Shown: piece by piece, positions 17,297 through 18,338 of the stretch | How the letters are laid out: each line of letters begins with the position of its first letter | Position numbering within the stretch: position 1 is the stretch's first letter | NCBI GenBank assembly: GCA_937951685.1 | Contig: CALFBG010000331.1 | Coordinates: 1 to 18,338, forward strand | Direction of reading: 5' to 3' | From: an uncultured Saprospiraceae bacterium | GTDB taxonomy: Bacteria; Bacteroidota; Bacteroidia; Chitinophagales; Saprospiraceae | DNA length: 18,338 nucleotides | Notes under the pieces: model-generated | Told to the model about the DNA's origin: nothing | The model's input: the letters and a program-made list of their open reading frames with translations, nothing else | Databases searched by the model: none | Position numbers and translations under genes: made by a program

Positions 17297-17755
17297 TTAA
17301 TTATTTGTCTTTGCAGCAAGCAGTGCTTCGCAGGCTTCGTCCAACATTTCGTAAACGGCTTCAAAACCGTTATCGCCGTAATAAGGATCGGGAACGTTTT
17401 GGTTGTAACCGGGTTGAGCGAAATTCATGATCATTTTTACCTTTTCCTTTTGAGCGGATGAAGTTGCTAGTTTCAAAATATTTTGATAATTAGAACTATC
17501 CATGGCTAGAATTAAGTCGAACCTATCTAGGTCTTTTGCTTGGAATTGTCTTGCTCTTTGGTGGGTGATATCAATATTGTGATTGTGCGCAACAGCGATA
17601 GACCGCGAGTCGGGTAATTCTCCGACGTGCCAAGCTCCAGTACCCGCAGAGTCTACCTCCCAGTCTAAACCACGATCTGCCAATTTTTGTGTAAGCACTC
17701 CTTCTGCTAAGGGAGAACGACAAATATTTCCTAAACAAACCATTAATACTTTCAT
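17297..17755 (-). CDS. Low-molecular-weight protein tyrosine phosphatase (LMW-PTP), 152 aa
   Basis: N-terminal P-loop VCLGNICRSP (CX5R) and the downstream catalytic Asp in the DPYY motif. The length is typical. Confidence 0.9.
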   Translation of the reverse strand: MKVLMVCLGNICRSPLAEGVLTQKLADRGLDWEVDSAGTGAWHVGELPDSRSIAVAHNHNIDITHQRARQFQAKDLDRFDLILAMDSSNYQNILKLATSSAQKEKVKMIMNFAQPGYNQNVPDPYYGDNGFEAVYEMLDEACEALLAAKTNN

Positions 17756-17992
17756 AGCGCTGAATATTGATATTGAAGTTATTTGAGTTATTTGAAATGA
17801 TGATTATAAAAAAAATACCAATAGCGAGCAAAAATACGCTTATCGGTCAACGACAAAACTAAAATATACTGTATTAAAGCAGCTATAAAATTAAAATAAC
17901 TTTCAAACAATTTATAACTTTACCTAATCAGTTCTTACTGAAGCTTCCTGCTTATTTTTGGCAGGCGCGCACTTGTACTATTTTGTTCACTA

Positions 17993-18012
17993 GAATTACA
18001 AGCTTGTAATTC
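17993..18012. promoter_or_regulatory. Perfect 20-bp palindrome GAATTACAAGCTTGTAATTC 18 bp upstream of the ORF starting at 18031
   Basis: Exact 10+10 inverted repeat with no mismatches. Its position relative to the start codon is typical of a dimeric repressor or activator operator. Confidence 0.5.
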
Positions 18013-18030
18013 TGCAAATTACTAACTGCA

Positions 18031-18338
18031 ATGTCAGACCTAAACAACTTAAAACGTAAAGTACAGCATTATAAAGAAATCCTATCTAATACCGTTCAGT
18101 ATCGAAAAGTATGGGAAAGTAGCCTCCGCGACGAGATTGTTGCACAACTAGAGAAGATGTGTAAAGAAATCAACCTTCCCGTTACCGTTGAACTGAAAGA
18201 AGACATTGAAAATTTAGAAACGATTATTCTTTCCTTGGGATCCGTCAAAAGTGGTTTATTTCAAAAAGTAAATGACAACATCCAGCGCGATTTGATCAAG
18301 AGCAGTGGAGCACTCATTTATCAGCAATTGTTTAATGG
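18031..18338 (+). CDS. Hypothetical protein, 5' portion only (102 aa visible; runs off the window end)
   Basis: Open frame from the ATG at 18031 to the window edge (MSDLNNLKRKVQHYKEILSNTVQYRKVWESSLRDEIVAQLEKMCKEINLPVTVELKEDIENLETIILSLGSVKSGLFQKVNDNIQRDLIKSSGALIYQQLFN). I recognise no family. It is divergent from the PTP gene. Confidence 0.5.
   Translation, partial: MSDLNNLKRKVQHYKEILSNTVQYRKVWESSLRDEIVAQLEKMCKEINLPVTVELKEDIENLETIILSLGSVKSGLFQKVNDNIQRDLIKSSGALIYQQLFN

Noticed and set aside
1-18338. Defence island, toxin-antitoxin or mobile-element content
   Set aside because: I found no integrase, transposase, recombinase, restriction, nuclease, ATPase/helicase or toxin-like ORFs and no tRNA insertion site. 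Gene content is housekeeping and catabolic with uniform composition, so I cannot support a claim of a novel defence or mobile system.

Overview
This 18.3-kb window is chromosomal, about 40% GC, and looks like a Bacteroidetes genome. The evidence for that is a Type IX secretion C-terminal sorting domain on one protein, candidate TAnnTTTG -7 promoter boxes, and the gene content. The content is mostly housekeeping and catabolic. There is a flotillin (SPFH) gene with its NfeD-family membrane partner on the minus strand. prs and rplY (L25/Ctc) sit next to each other on the plus strand. There is a nitrilase-superfamily C-N hydrolase and a T9SS-secreted protein whose body is uncharacterised. A phenylacetyl-CoA 1,2-epoxidase cluster lies on the minus strand in the order paaE, tetR, paaA, paaB, paaC, paaD, with the TetR-family regulator embedded. 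The remaining genes are rpsT, a 71-aa acidic/hydrophobic hypothetical protein, sucA (2-oxoglutarate dehydrogenase E1), a low-molecular-weight protein tyrosine phosphatase, and a partial unknown ORF at the 3' edge. I found no toxin, nuclease, CRISPR, integrase or transposase signature and no rRNA or tRNA genes, so I cannot support a defence system or mobile element here. The features most worth follow-up are non-coding. The first is a tandem array of about 2.4 copies of a 150-bp unit just downstream of the sucA terminator. The second is a 50-bp repeat present as two near-identical copies 5.1 kb apart, upstream of minus-strand genes. The third is a motif, ACGAAC..GTTCGTAAAGAT, shared by the regions upstream of paaE and paaA, which I read as the operator of the embedded TetR regulator. 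The fourth is a perfect 20-bp palindrome immediately upstream of the unknown ORF at the window end. I also saw several clean rho-independent terminators.
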